The position numbers were made by a program, and so were the translations under genes. The notes below the pieces were generated by a model. That model saw only the letters and a program-made list of their open reading frames with translations, searched no databases and had not been told where the DNA came from. 54,400 bases of DNA from Catajapyx aquilonaris (lineage: Eukaryota): the NCBI GenBank assembly GCA_000934665.2, contig KZ538151.1, positions 62,001 to 116,400 of the forward strand, in the 5' to 3' direction. Shown piece by piece: positions 39,501-49,400 of the stretch (its first letter is position 1; each line of letters begins with the position of its first letter).

Positions 39501-42500
39501 GGATTTTCTTCTCTGACAGGCAGGTAGGGGTTATAGGGGGAGAGGAAGGGTTGTCAGCAGCAGAAGGAGATTAGGGTTTCATTTCTCAAAAAAAAGAAGA
39601 AGAAGAAGAAGAAGGAAAAGGGGGTTTGCTGCCAACCTGTGGGAGGAGGGAGAACAATCCGTCAAACTGCGGACCATGTTTTAAGAAATTGCGGTCAACG
39701 ACTGGCACTCTTCTGAGTTGGGACTTTGACAAATTCGAAAGGAACATTTTTTTTAGCTCTCGATATCTTAACTGTATGATAAGGAGGGGGGAAACCTGTT
39801 TTTTTTGGTCTTCTGTACTTTCTGCTCTTTTTCTTCCTTCCTCAGGGCGCTCTCTTATATACTTGAACCCACTTCACACCTCATAGTCCTCATGTGTCTT
39901 TGTCCGACGTCATCCCACGTTATGTACTGTACTATTTGTCCTGGATGGCATTTTTATGTGCACCGAAGAAAGAGGAGGTGGTGATATTTGTTCCAAGTTC
40001 AATTTGGACTCAAAACAAGTGACAAAAATTTTTTTTAAACAAAATGTATCACTCGCCTGCCTTTATCTTCGAGCGAGTACTCTTGTATCCGTGCGTGGTA
40101 CGCCTTCCCATGGGCACTACATGTGCATGTCTAGAGTACATGTCGTTTCTTTTTCCTGCTGCTGCTGTGTCATACACTCTTAAAAATAATTGGTTCACTA
40201 CAGGGGGGTAAAAACTAAAGTGTAACCCAACTATTCATACAGTTGGACAAGGCTTGATTACTTGTCACTCTTGCTGGTTCAAATTAATTCCATAAATTAT
40301 GAAAATGTACAAATTAATCGTAGACACAATATTATCCAGACTCTAAAAGAGTGAGTAATGCAGATTCACTTTAGTGCGTGACACTTGGTTCATGTTGATT
40401 CCTAAACATAAAGTCTACTAACTTTTTTTTACGGCAAATGCAACTAGGTTGACCACTTGTTTTTAAGAGTGTATCTTGGTGTGAAAGAGTGTTTCATTGA
40501 CTTAACCGTCCGACGTAACTATTGTGTGGAGAGAAAGCGATCCCTCCCCCTGTTCACTCTCACATGGCTACTTTTCCTTAGCACTCGTTTGTTCAGACAA
40601 TATTTTTGGGAAAGCATCTGCACTATCTCTCGTTGCTGTTTCTTTTTTCTGATGACAAGTGTCGGTTGATTGGTAATCGTGTGGGCTTTTTGTTTCTCTT
40701 TGTGCTGCTCAGTGTGTTTTGGAATCACTTCAACACCAGGTAAGAGAGAGACGATATGAAGCGAGCAATCACTAGCTTTCAGTGTTGGTTTATTTCGATT
40801 ATTTCTTTTAGTTTCTGCAATAGTTGTGTGTGCTTTTGCAGGGCTGTTCAGTTGCGGTGTGTCTGTTGTATGTTGTTCTCTCTTTTCGTTGCATTTTTAT
40901 ATTGGTACAAATGATTTGGAGGACGATAGGTCTAGTATGTGTTTGTGTGTCTTACTTTTCCGTCCCCTATGTACTTGTGTCTTCGTTTTATGTTACCTTT
41001 GGTGACCCCCATGACCTCCCAGAATGACGGGAATTTTCCTTATTCCTCTCTCTGTTTCAATGTTTTCGTCTCTTGATTATTTCTTTTTTGGTGGGACATG
41101 GCCTTTTTCTCCGCTTCTCTTGATTACTCCGTAGATGACCATTGCATCGTCATTATGGTTTTTGAAATACCAGTTTTTGATAGCAATTTTTCACAGTAAT
41201 TTCCGTAGACAGTTCGCATGATGAATCTTGGGAAATGGTTTATGCTCGATTTTACAGAAGGGACGGAAAACTCAGCTGACCATTTCCTATACAAGTTGAG
41301 GCTGGGTCATTGCGACGATTTTTAAAAAATTTCTTACTATGTCAAAAACGTTTTGAACAAAGGTGTATGAACATACCTGAGTGGTCACAATCGCCCAGCC
41401 TAACCTTTAGTCAAAAATATTGGGTGTCGAAACTGTTCACAAAATTCGGAGGTTACCCGTTTTTTCCAGCCGAACCGCTGTGGTTCGAGGTCGCGTGGTG
41501 ACCCTAAGTGGAGTGGGCCTGATGGGCGTCAGGGTCAGCACAAGCACACCTCTCGAAGGCTTCACTCTCACCCGAGAGGACGGTTGGTTTGACCTGATGG
41601 TCAACGGTGGCGGAGCTGTGACCTTGCAGTTTGGCCGCAGTCCATTCCGACCCACCAGCAAGGCCATATTCGTCCCCTGGAATGAGGTATGATCAAGATG
41701 ACCCAATGTCTGCACAGATACTTTAAAAAATTGGTTTGACAGGTGGTCATCATCGACACCGTCATGATGGGACCACAGGAGGACAGAAGCTACGCGCACA
41801 TTCCTGTCATCTGTGACGCCCATGACTACGACACCATGAAGCCAGTAGTGTTGGCCACTTGGAAACATGGCTTCCAGGGAGCATGTCCAGATCGTAGCGC
41901 CATTTTGGCTGAATCTCAGGTACGCCACACATTAACACATAAGAAATATTCCTTGCGTTGATACATATTACTTACAAGTGAACAACCCTCTTTCTCCTTT
42001 AACAAAAAAAAAATGATTCGTGCGCTGAAGTTATGGCTTTACAATTTCCGCTTTGGAATTTGTAAAATGGGGCAATTTTTCTCCCTAGCTTTTCTCTCTC
42101 TTTTCACTCTTTTTTTTCCCCTCCCTGGGTTTCCAGAAGGGGAAAAGGGGTAGTGTTTTCCAGGCGATCGGGCAAAAAGCCGATGGTGGTTTCAGAGGGT
42201 GGGTAGGAGGGAGAGAGAGAGGAGTCCCCGGGAATCGCGCCATCAATTACGATTCCCAGCGCTTTGATTTTTGCCCACTGCCTGCTGCACGCCATGCAGA
42301 AACGTGATCGCCTTACAAAGAACTTGGTTCTGCCCATGGTTGGCTGGGGAATCTGACTGCATTGTGTGTTAGTAGCATGAGGGTGGGGGAATGATCAAGG
42401 CGGGTAATGCACCCTCCACCCACTCCTGAAACTCTTTTTTTTGTCCTTTTTTTGTTGGAAACGCCCCCAGAATTGCGACGACCCCACCCTGAAACCCCAC

Positions 42501-45500
42501 TCCAAAACGACTTCGGTGTCAAATACTTCCAACGATTTCTTTTCGATTTCAACCCACCCTTATGGTGGACTCAAAAAGCGTTAAAAAAATGATGCGGTTC
42601 TTCCATTTTGCACCCTTGTAAGGCAGGACGTGATGGTGGGATCCTTGGGAGGGTGACTGTTGGACCAAAATGGGCTGCAAAAAGTTCATTTTGAAGCATG
42701 TCGATTGCCTCTGTTGTTGCAGCATCTTAAAGTTATTTGTTGTTCATCTCAGGTGGTTCAGGAGAGCCTGAAGGTGCCAGGTACTGGATTGAACCTGGTG
42801 TACCACAGTTCCCGTGCTCCAGGATACCTCTCAACCATACAGCTGCAGTTGACCCCTGACACAATCCCAAGCGACCTGGAGCGTGTACACCTGCGCATCA
42901 CAATCGAGGGCATACTTTTCGAGAAGGTCTTCGAAGCTGATCCGGACATCAAGTTCACGTACGCTTGGAACCGACTGAATGTGTACAGGCAGAGAGTGTA
43001 TGGGGTGACCACAGCCATGGTGAAGGTCGGTTACGAGTACAGCGAGTGCAAGGACATCATTTGGGATGTGCAGACCACCAAGCTGAGCGGGCATGACATG
43101 AGCATTTCGGAAGTGGGAGGCTGGAACCTGGACATTCACCACAGGTACAACTTCCACGAGGGGATCCTCCAGAAGGGAGATGGCTCCAACATTTATCTGA
43201 AGCACAAGCCAAGAGTCATCCTCACCACCATGGGCAATGGGATACAGCGGCCGTTGGATTGCTTCGAGTGTGAAGGACCTGCCGCCAAACAGAGGCTGTT
43301 GGCTCCTGTGTCTCTAGCCGCTGCACCAGATGGTTCCATATTTGTGGGAGACTTCAACCTGGTGCGAAGGATCCTCGTTGACGGCTCTGTCCGCACCATC
43401 GTTAAGCTCAAGTGAGTATCTCCACATGCTACATATTCAGTCATTCTTGGCATCATTTGCTGTAAGGTTTTGGCTGCCTTTAAATTGTTGATCTAGAAAG
43501 CAACAATAATGCAGGACAATTGAGTGACAAAATTCTTGTGTCTTTCAGTGCTACGAGGGTGTCGTACCGCTACCACATGTCCCTGAGCCCTGTGGACAAC
43601 ACCCTATACATATCGGACCCAGAGTCACACCAGATAATCAGGGTACGCAACGTGGATGACTACTCTGATCCGGAGCACAACTGGGAGGTGGCTGTTGGTT
43701 CTGGCGAGAGGTGCCTGCCTGGAGATGAAGCTCACTGTGGTGATGGTGCGTTGGCCAGAGATGCTAAGCTGGCCTACCCCAAGGGAGTGGCTGTGTCGTC
43801 TGACAACATGCTGTACTTTGCTGATGGTACCAACATTCGCATGGTTGACCGAGATGGAATTGTCACCACTGTAATTGGAAACCACTTGCACAAGTCTCAC
43901 TGGAAGCCGATACCGTGCGAGGGAACTCTGAATGTTGAGGAAGTTCATCTCAGATGGCCGACTGAGCTGGCTGTCAACCCACTGGACAACTCGTTGCATG
44001 TGATTGATGACCACATGATCCTGAAGCTGACTCAAGATAGGAGGATCAAAGTACTGGCCGGTCGTCCCCTGCACTGTCCTTCGCCCCAGGGTGGATACGA
44101 TGTGGAGCTGGCCACTCACGCCACGTTGGTGATGCCCCAGAGCCTCGCTTTCGGACCCAATGGTGACCTGTATGTCGGTGAGAGTGACTCGCAGCGCATC
44201 AATCGTGTGCGGGTGATCAACACTGATGGCAAGATCTCGCATTTTGCTGGAGCAGAATCCAAGTGTAACTGCCTCGACCGTGGTTGCAACTGCTTCGATG
44301 AGGACCACTTCTTAGCAGCCACCTCCAAGTTCAACACCATCTCTTCCATTGCTGTAACACCGAATGGTATCCTGCACATATGCGATCAAGCCAACTACCG
44401 GATTCGTTCAGTAACGTCGAGCATACCTGAGACGACTTCAAACCGGGAGTATGAAATTTTCTCACCGGAAACCCAGGAGATTTATGTGTTCAACCGGTTT
44501 GGACAGCATGTGGCAACAAGGAACATTCTGACAGGGGAGACAGTTTACACGTTCATGTACAATGTGAACACCAGCAACGGGAAGCTGAGCACCGTCACGG
44601 ATGCTGCTCAGAACAAGGTGTTTATACTTCGAGATTATTCTAGTCAAGTCAACTCCATTGAGAACACCAAGGGTCAGAAGTGCAGACTGCACATGTCCCG
44701 TATGCGGATGCTGCAGGAGTTCAGCACACCTGACAACTACAACGTGACATTCGACTACCACGGATCCACTGGTCTGCTGAAGAGTAAACTGGACAGCACC
44801 AGTCGAAGCTACGTGTACCGGTACGATGAGTTTGGTCGACTGACCTCCGCCATCACTCCCACAGGCCAAGTGATCGGCCTAGCTTTCGACCTGAGTGTGA
44901 AGGGGGCCACGGTCAAGGTTATCCAAAAATACCAGAGTCCAACATCGATGCTGATCAAGGGCTCAGCAGTCGTGAGGCAATTGGGTGAAGCAGAGGATGC
45001 AACTGCGGTGCTGCCGGATTCAAGCGTAATCACATCCAAACCATGGTCACTCGCAATTGCGACCGAGACCATACCGTACGCTGTGCTTGGCGATATAAGC
45101 CCGGTATTGGCCGAGAGCTTCCCGGTAGCTGGAAAGCAAAAGACGGAGATGAACGGTGATCTGGTGAACCGAGTAGAATGGAGGTACTTCCTGAAGAGGG
45201 AGGGCAAAGGTCGCAACAAGCAAGTGGTCCAGCTGGGAAAGAAGTTGAGGGTCAACGGGGAGAACCTTCTGACATTTGAGTTCGACCGCAGCACTGGTAC
45301 CGAAGCCGTGTTTATGGACGACAGACTGGAGCTTCTGAACATCACGTATGACCAGCTGGCCAGACCCATACGATGGACACCACGGAGCGGTATTTTCGCC
45401 ACTGTTGAACTGGACTACGACAGGTTCGGACGTCTCGCCAGCTGGAAATGGGGTGACCTGCAGGAGACCTATGGGTTTGACCGATCCGGACGTCTCTTTG

Positions 45501-48108
45501 AGATACGCTACGGGGATGGAACTGCAATGACTTATGCCTTCAAGGACCTCCTTAGTACTCTGGTAAGTCTCTACATTCAACAGTGTCAAATTCAATACTT
45601 ATTGTGAATGTCTTTCTACAGCCCCTGAAGGTGACGACGCCACGAGGCAGCGACTATTTCCTGCAGTACGATGATGCTGGAGCCCTGCAGTCTCTGACCA
45701 CCCCTCGAGGTCACATCCACACCTTCTCCCTGCAGACATCTCTTGGGTTCTTCAAGTACGAGTACAACTCTCCAACCAACCGACATCCGTACGAGATCCT
45801 GTACAGCGACCAGGGGCAGATACTGGCCAAGATATACCCTCAGTACTCTGGGAAGGTCATATACACGTATGATCAGAACGGAAGGCTTGAAGCCATCATG
45901 GCTGGACTCACATCGACCCACTACACTTACAACGAAGCCACCAGTTTGGTCAAATCTGTGTTTGTCAAACAGCCGCACTTCGAGGCCAAGACAGACTACA
46001 GGTACCATGCTGGTATTGTCACCGAGGAGAAGCTGAAGTTTGGAAGCAAGACTGGGTTGGACAACGCACACTTCAAGTACCAGTATGACGGAAATGCGAG
46101 GTTGTCTGGAGTTGAAGTCGAGATCAACGGAAAGGTACAGCCAGCACTGGCACTCAAGTACAACCAGAACATTGGAATGCTGGAGGCTGTCAGTGACTTG
46201 CGAGCATACCGAAACACGTTCAACAGGACTGTCATGCAGGACACATCGAAGCACTTCTTCCGCATCGTGGACCAGGACAGGCATGGGCGACTAAAATCTG
46301 TGCTCATCAACATCAAGGGACGAGACGTGTACAGGTTGGAGCTGAATTATGACAGACGTAACAAGCTGAAGAGCAAGAAGGTGAGCGTTGGGACTGACTC
46401 GAATGCTGATGGCGTAACGTACAATGCTGATGGTCACGTCGTTGAGGTTGCTGGAGGCGATGGAAACTGGAAGTACATTTACGACGAGAATGGAAACACC
46501 ATCGGTATCCTTGATCAAGGAGAGAAGACATCGTTGAGTTATGATAGTGGAGATCGAGTTGTACAGTGTGGGGACAAGAGGACGTATGCGTATGACGAGC
46601 GCGGGTTCCTGGTGCAGCGAGGTCCTGATGAGAAGTTCCAGTACAATGCACGTGCACAATTGGCATCGGCATACAAAAGGGACGTGCACAAAGTGTGGTT
46701 CTACTACGATGACCGCTCTCGTCTGGTTGCATGGCGTGATGACAAAGGGAACAGCACACAATATTTCTACGCCAATCCTCGTTCGCCTGACCTCTTAACA
46801 CACGTGCACTATCCACTTCAAGACCGTACTCTCCACTACATGTACGACGAACGTCGCTCCTTGATCGCCATCGAGACACCAGAGGAGAGGTACTACGTAG
46901 CGACTGACCAGCACCGATCTCCTGTCGCAGTCTTCAACAGACATGGCAACGTGGTGAAGGAGATACGTCGCACGCCATTCGGCAAGATTGTGCGTGACAC
47001 CAAACCTTCATTCCCAATGGACGTGGGCTTCCATGGCGGTATTGTCGACCCACATACCGGCCTCCTACATATCCGCACTAGACCATATGACCCCGAAGTT
47101 GGCCAGTGGATGACCCCAGCATGGGAAGGACTAGTCAAGAAACTGAACACACCGACTGACGTGTTCATCTACAGGTTCCATAATAATGATCCGATGACTC
47201 CACTGCTGCCGAATGACTACATGACTGGTCTGCACAGTTGGTTGAAACTGTACGGATATGACATGGACGCAATATTGGGATCGGCGTACACTGCATCCAG
47301 CTTGTTCACACCGGAGAGCACAATTAATTCTCAGCAGTTGGCACCGGAGTTTGGGGTCATATCAGGTCTGGAGTGCATCGCAAAGAAAATAACCGAGAAC
47401 TTCAAGGACCTCGGGTTCGTACCCAGGCCGCAACTCAAGCTGGAGACCAAAAAGAGGAACCTGCTTCCTAAAGTTGCGTTCAAAAAGTCTGTCTTCGGTG
47501 AGGGTGTACTGATATCACGTACCGAGGGACAAGCTGTGGTTAGCGTGGTAGACGGAGTCAATGGCATTGTTCAAGACGTGGTGTCGTCAGTGTTCAATGG
47601 GTCGTACTTCCTGGACCTCCACTTCAACATCCACGACCAAGATGTGTTCTACTTTGTGAAAGACAACACTCTGAAACTGCGGGACGACCAGGAGGAACTT
47701 CGAAGGCTCGGAGGCATGTTCAACATCTCGATACACGAAGCTGAGCATGGCAAGGAGCTGAAGCTGCACAACTCGGACGCCGTGATTTACATGCGGTACG
47801 GTGCTGACCCTGAGCAGGAGAGGCATCGGGTACTGAAGCACGCGCATCGCAGGGCCATCGAACGTGCATGGGAACTCGAGAAGCAGCTGGTGGCTACCGG
47901 GTTCGAAGGACACAACGAGTGGACTGCAGAAGAGAAGGAGGAGCTTCTCCTAAAGGGCACGGTGCATGGGTATGACGGTGTTGACATACACAGCATACAT
48001 CGCTACCCTCAACTGGCGGACGACCCGGGCAACGTACTGTTTCAACGCGACACGCGACGGAAGCGACGGAAGAGCCGGAGGTTCAGGTACCACAAGTTTG
48101 AGTCGTGA
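18395..48108 (+). CDS. Ten-m: Teneurin-m (Ten-m/odz-like) multi-exon gene, 5'-partial; 16 coding exons, about 2950 aa
   Basis: Exons with canonical AG/GT ends join in compatible phases (8864 nt in total). Hallmark peptides: [18 protein letters not shown]+[30 protein letters not shown], 8 EGF repeats with Cys-to-Tyr/Phe swaps in repeats 2 and 5, [11 protein letters not shown] and YD repeats, [22 protein letters not shown]. Ten-m rather than Ten-a is from recalled motif similarity. Confidence 0.96.
19179..19266 (+). CDS. Ten-m: Ten-m exon: intracellular domain ([30 protein letters not shown])
   Basis: tttacag acceptor, gtgagt donor, 88 nt, phase 1-2; needed to connect the phases of the flanking exons; not in the ORF track in this frame. 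Confidence 0.85.
20351..20547 (+). CDS. Ten-m: Ten-m exon: juxtamembrane region and type II transmembrane helix ([26 protein letters not shown])
   Basis: tttcag acceptor, gtaagt donor, 197 nt, phase 2-1; hydrophobic stretch after CSWK. Confidence 0.93.
21166..21249. mobile_element. 84-bp internally deleted copy of the MITE at 33681-34120
   Basis: Starts ta|CAGTTGAATCCGG, ends CGGATCCAACTG; body matches the right end of the 440-bp element. Confidence 0.8.
22443..23825 (+). CDS. Ten-m: Ten-m exon: long extracellular acidic, S/T/P-rich stalk (461 codons)
   Basis: ctcctttttcag acceptor, GAAG|gtgaga donor, 1383 nt open frame, phase 1-1; ends PPILILE before the Ig-like exon; possible internal donor at 22574. 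Confidence 0.85.
24521..24798 (+). CDS. Ten-m: Ten-m exon: Ig-like domain part 1 with furin-type site RNKR (24778-24789)
   Basis: ttccag acceptor, gtgagt donor, 278 nt, phase 1-0; [11 protein letters not shown]...[10 protein letters not shown]. Confidence 0.95.
27237..27453 (+). CDS. Ten-m: Ten-m exon: Ig-like domain part 2 and EGF1
   Basis: Branch point cactaac (27212), pyrimidine tract and cag; gtgagt donor; 217 nt, phase 0-1; [28 protein letters not shown]. Confidence 0.95.
29360..29554 (+). CDS. Ten-m: Ten-m exon: EGF2 (5 Cys, Tyr replaces the third Cys) and EGF3
   Basis: attag acceptor, gtaagg donor, 195 nt, phase 1-1; [16 protein letters not shown]. Confidence 0.95.
33177..33514. mobile_element. 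Degenerate inverted-repeat element remnant (TTAA-GGGG start; possibly Kolobok-like)
   Basis: 33255-33301 is an imperfect reverse complement of 33468-33514; right terminus not recognisable. Confidence 0.3.
33681..34120. mobile_element. 440-bp MITE, Tc1/mariner (pogo/Tigger-like) type
   Basis: TIR CAGTTGAATCCGGATA perfect for 16 bp (19/20 overall), TA on both flanks, internal repeats of gNtataaca(gac), no ORF. Confidence 0.88.
34241..34749. repeat. Diverged direct repeat, ~160-bp copies at ~34241-34404 and ~34589-34749
   Basis: Shared colinear blocks gtgccagac, gcatttcgcgaaaattaa, tgggagttttca, ccacgatttcag, aaattcgtctggtgc and gttctcaatgta. Confidence 0.85.
34958..35757. mobile_element. 800-bp fold-back/MITE-like element with 141-bp terminal inverted repeats
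   Basis: 34958-35098 is the reverse complement of 35617-35757 with 5 mismatches by my count; no ORF; target-site duplication not clearly resolved. Confidence 0.85.
37049..37258 (+). CDS. Ten-m: Ten-m exon: EGF4 and EGF5 (5 Cys, Phe replaces the third Cys)
   Basis: ttgcag acceptor, gtcagt donor, 210 nt, phase 1-1; [18 protein letters not shown]. Confidence 0.95.
37293..37392. repeat. 9-bp tandem repeat, consensus CCGYCAAAT, about 11 copies
   Basis: Read directly; starts about 35 nt into the intron after the EGF4/5 exon. Confidence 0.92.
38001..38336 (+). CDS. Ten-m: Ten-m exon: EGF6-8 and start of Cys-rich region
   Basis: tttttgcag acceptor, gtatga donor, 336 nt, phase 1-1; ends [13 protein letters not shown]. 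Confidence 0.95.
39090..39297 (+). CDS. Ten-m: Ten-m exon: Cys-rich region (DCEDPECC...[17 protein letters not shown])
   Basis: cccag acceptor, gtgagg donor, 208 nt, phase 1-2. Confidence 0.94.
40175..40471. mobile_element. 297-bp non-autonomous DNA element with CACTCTTAAAAA termini (CACTA/CMC-like ends)
   Basis: ta|CACTCTTAAAAATAATTGGT ... ACCACTTGTTTTTAAGAGTG|ta: 12-bp perfect TIR, 18/20 extended, TA flanks. Confidence 0.82.
40713..40739 (+). CDS. Ten-m: Ten-m 27-nt symmetrical microexon, (S)VFWNHFNT(S); probably alternatively spliced
   Basis: Pyrimidine tract + tgctgctcag acceptor, AG|gtaaga donor, phase 2-2, no stop; resembles the FWNxFNxS insert I recall in insect Ten-m isoforms. Confidence 0.82.
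41470..41686 (+). CDS. Ten-m: Ten-m exon: TTR/carboxypeptidase-regulatory-like domain ([10 protein letters not shown]...FVPWNE)
   Basis: tttttccag acceptor, gtatga donor, 217 nt, phase 2-0; [19 protein letters not shown]. Confidence 0.95.
41743..41919 (+). CDS. Ten-m: Ten-m exon (VVIIDTV...SAILAESQ)
   Basis: Follows a 56-nt intron; gacag acceptor, gtacgc donor, 177 nt, phase 0-0. Confidence 0.93.
42753..43411 (+). CDS. Ten-m: Ten-m exon: Fn-plug and first NHL repeats
   Basis: tctcag acceptor, gtgagt donor, 659 nt, phase 0-2; [28 protein letters not shown]. Confidence 0.96.
43549..45562 (+). CDS. Ten-m: Ten-m exon: NHL beta-propeller and start of YD shell
   Basis: tctttcag acceptor, gtaagt donor, 2014 nt, phase 2-0; [25 protein letters not shown]. 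Confidence 0.97.
45622..48108 (+). CDS. Ten-m: Ten-m last exon: YD/RHS shell, linker, Tox-GHH/TCAP region and basic tail; stop TGA 48106-48108
   Basis: Follows a 59-nt intron; ctacag acceptor; many YD repeats, [43 protein letters not shown]. Confidence 0.97.
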   Translation, partial: PLKVTTPRGSDYFLQYDDAGALQSLTTPRGHIHTFSLQTSLGFFKYEYNSPTNRHPYEILYSDQGQILAKIYPQYSGKVIYTYDQNGRLEAIMAGLTSTHYTYNEATSLVKSVFVKQPHFEAKTDYRYHAGIVTEEKLKFGSKTGLDNAHFKYQYDGNARLSGVEVEINGKVQPALALKYNQNIGMLEAVSDLRAYRNTFNRTVMQDTSKHFFRIVDQDRHGRLKSVLINIKGRDVYRLELNYDRRNKLKSKKVSVGTDSNADGVTYNADGHVVEVAGGDGNWKYIYDENGNTIGILDQGEKTSLSYDSGDRVVQCGDKRTYAYDERGFLVQRGPDEKFQYNARAQLASAYKRDVHKVWFYYDDRSRLVAWRDDKGNSTQYFYANPRSPDLLTHVHYPLQDRTLHYMYDERRSLIAIETPEERYYVATDQHRSPVAVFNRHGNVVKEIRRTPFGKIVRDTKPSFPMDVGFHGGIVDPHTGLLHIRTRPYDPEVGQWMTPAWEGLVKKLNTPTDVFIYRFHNNDPMTPLLPNDYMTGLHSWLKLYGYDMDAILGSAYTASSLFTPESTINSQQLAPEFGVISGLECIAKKITENFKDLGFVPRPQLKLETKKRNLLPKVAFKKSVFGEGVLISRTEGQAVVSVVDGVNGIVQDVVSSVFNGSYFLDLHFNIHDQDVFYFVKDNTLKLRDDQEELRRLGGMFNISIHEAEHGKELKLHNSDAVIYMRYGADPEQERHRVLKHAHRRAIERAWELEKQLVATGFEGHNEWTAEEKEELLLKGTVHGYDGVDIHSIHRYPQLADDPGNVLFQRDTRRKRRKSRRFRYHKFES

Positions 48109-49400
48109 GACGTCTGTGATCCCAGCATATACCGGTGTGTTTTCTTTTTGAACGACAAACAGTAGGGGACAATCCGGAAGATACTGTGCCGTATGTGTAT
48201 GCAGCAATAATAGTGAGAGGCAGGGACTCCCATTTATAGTTTTTTCGAAGAGAGAGACTGGAGCCAAGCGAAGGGAAATTTTAAAATCACTGTTTATTTT
48301 TTGCGCCTCACACTTTACCTGCCCCTTCCTAGAATGAAAAAAACACTCCCTTTTGAAGAAAAAAATAATAATAATGATAAACTATACTTGCCCTCTCCCA
48401 AAATGACTTGCCCCTGGTTTAATTTTTTTCTTCGCCGCTCTGCTGTACATATAACGAGCCAGTAACTGCATCGGCCTCGCGTAGTCTCACCGCCCCCCCT
48501 CCCCATGACCCCCAAATGACCTTTGACCTATCCCTAATCTCCAAAATTATGTGGTGTGCAGTCATTATAGTTTTTTCTGTAAATGTTCAGAAAAGAGTCA
48601 GCTTGATGGGAGAAGTGCAATGACCATGTTTGCCACTACCATTTTGTATGGCATGTGTTACAACAATGTGGTCCTTATTAAAAACCAGCTTAAACTTAAT
48701 GACTGCATCTCGCATAAATGCACGTGACATCACGTTGAGCCCCCCCTCTGTCCCCCACAACCCTTCTAATGCGTTGTACTAAACGCTTTTTCCAAAGACA
48801 GACAAATGCGGTGCGAAATACGGAGGACGACGAACCAGCGAGGAGATTTAAAACCAAACCAAAAAAAAATAAATCACAAATGGGAACCTTTTGGGAAAGC
48901 ACTATTTTTTACAATGTTTTATACTGTCTGATCAGGTAAAGCAATATCACACGTCTCCTAGTGAATTATGTAAAAATCGCGGAGCCGTATTTGAACGGCT
49001 TTGGACGGTAGTGCCATGGTGCGGAGCAATGTAGATGATGATGGAAGATTTTAAAAAAATGCGGTGTTAAGTGTCGAATCGTTAAAAGTGTCTACCTTAC
49101 CATCCCTCACCTCCCTTCGATTTCCTNNNNNNNNNNNNNNNNNNNNNNNNNNAATTTCCTGCCCCTTTCCTTCCCCCCCAAAAAATGTTATGGATGAGGA
49201 AGAGAGAAAGAGAAGTCGTTAACAATTTTGGATCACCACACAAGACCTGTACCCCGAGTGAGCTTGATATATGTGGTTATTTATTTTGAACTTTGTTTTT
49301 CCAGCGACTTCAGTTTGCGTGATGGTTTAAAAAAAAATGAGCATCCATAGTGGACTATGAAAAAAACTGTACATAAACGAAGTGTAAAATCAGGCGTTGT
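48109..49400 (+). other. Probable Ten-m 3' UTR (3' end uncertain)
   Basis: Follows the stop codon; AU-rich; AATAAA at 48868; TGTACATA at 48444 and 49368. Confidence 0.45.
49127..49152. other. Assembly gap (26 N)
   Basis: Run of N; other Ns at 3049, 9632, 36672-36676 and 50269 sit in poly-C/G runs. Confidence 0.99.

Noticed and set aside
40582..40669. Alternative acceptor (cttttccttag) upstream of the microexon
   Set aside because: No convincing donor, and the phase-2 frame hits TGA at 40667-40669
43441..43461. 21-nt AG...GTAAG pseudo-microexon in the NHL intron, the same length as the vertebrate splice-site-B insert
   Set aside because: The upstream intron would be only 29 nt, far below the 56-59-nt shortest introns in this gene
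43520..48108. Bacterial Rhs/YD toxin genes, recent HGT or contamination
   Set aside because: The ORFs are exons joined by GT-AG introns to EGF and TM exons; the toxin similarity is the known teneurin architecture
48106..48114. Stop-codon readthrough of Ten-m
   Set aside because: Context is TGA-G rather than the leaky TGA-C; no other support
42758..48267. Many minus-strand ORFs of 60-230 aa over the Ten-m exons
   Set aside because: Antisense shadows of codon-biased coding sequence with no recognisable motifs
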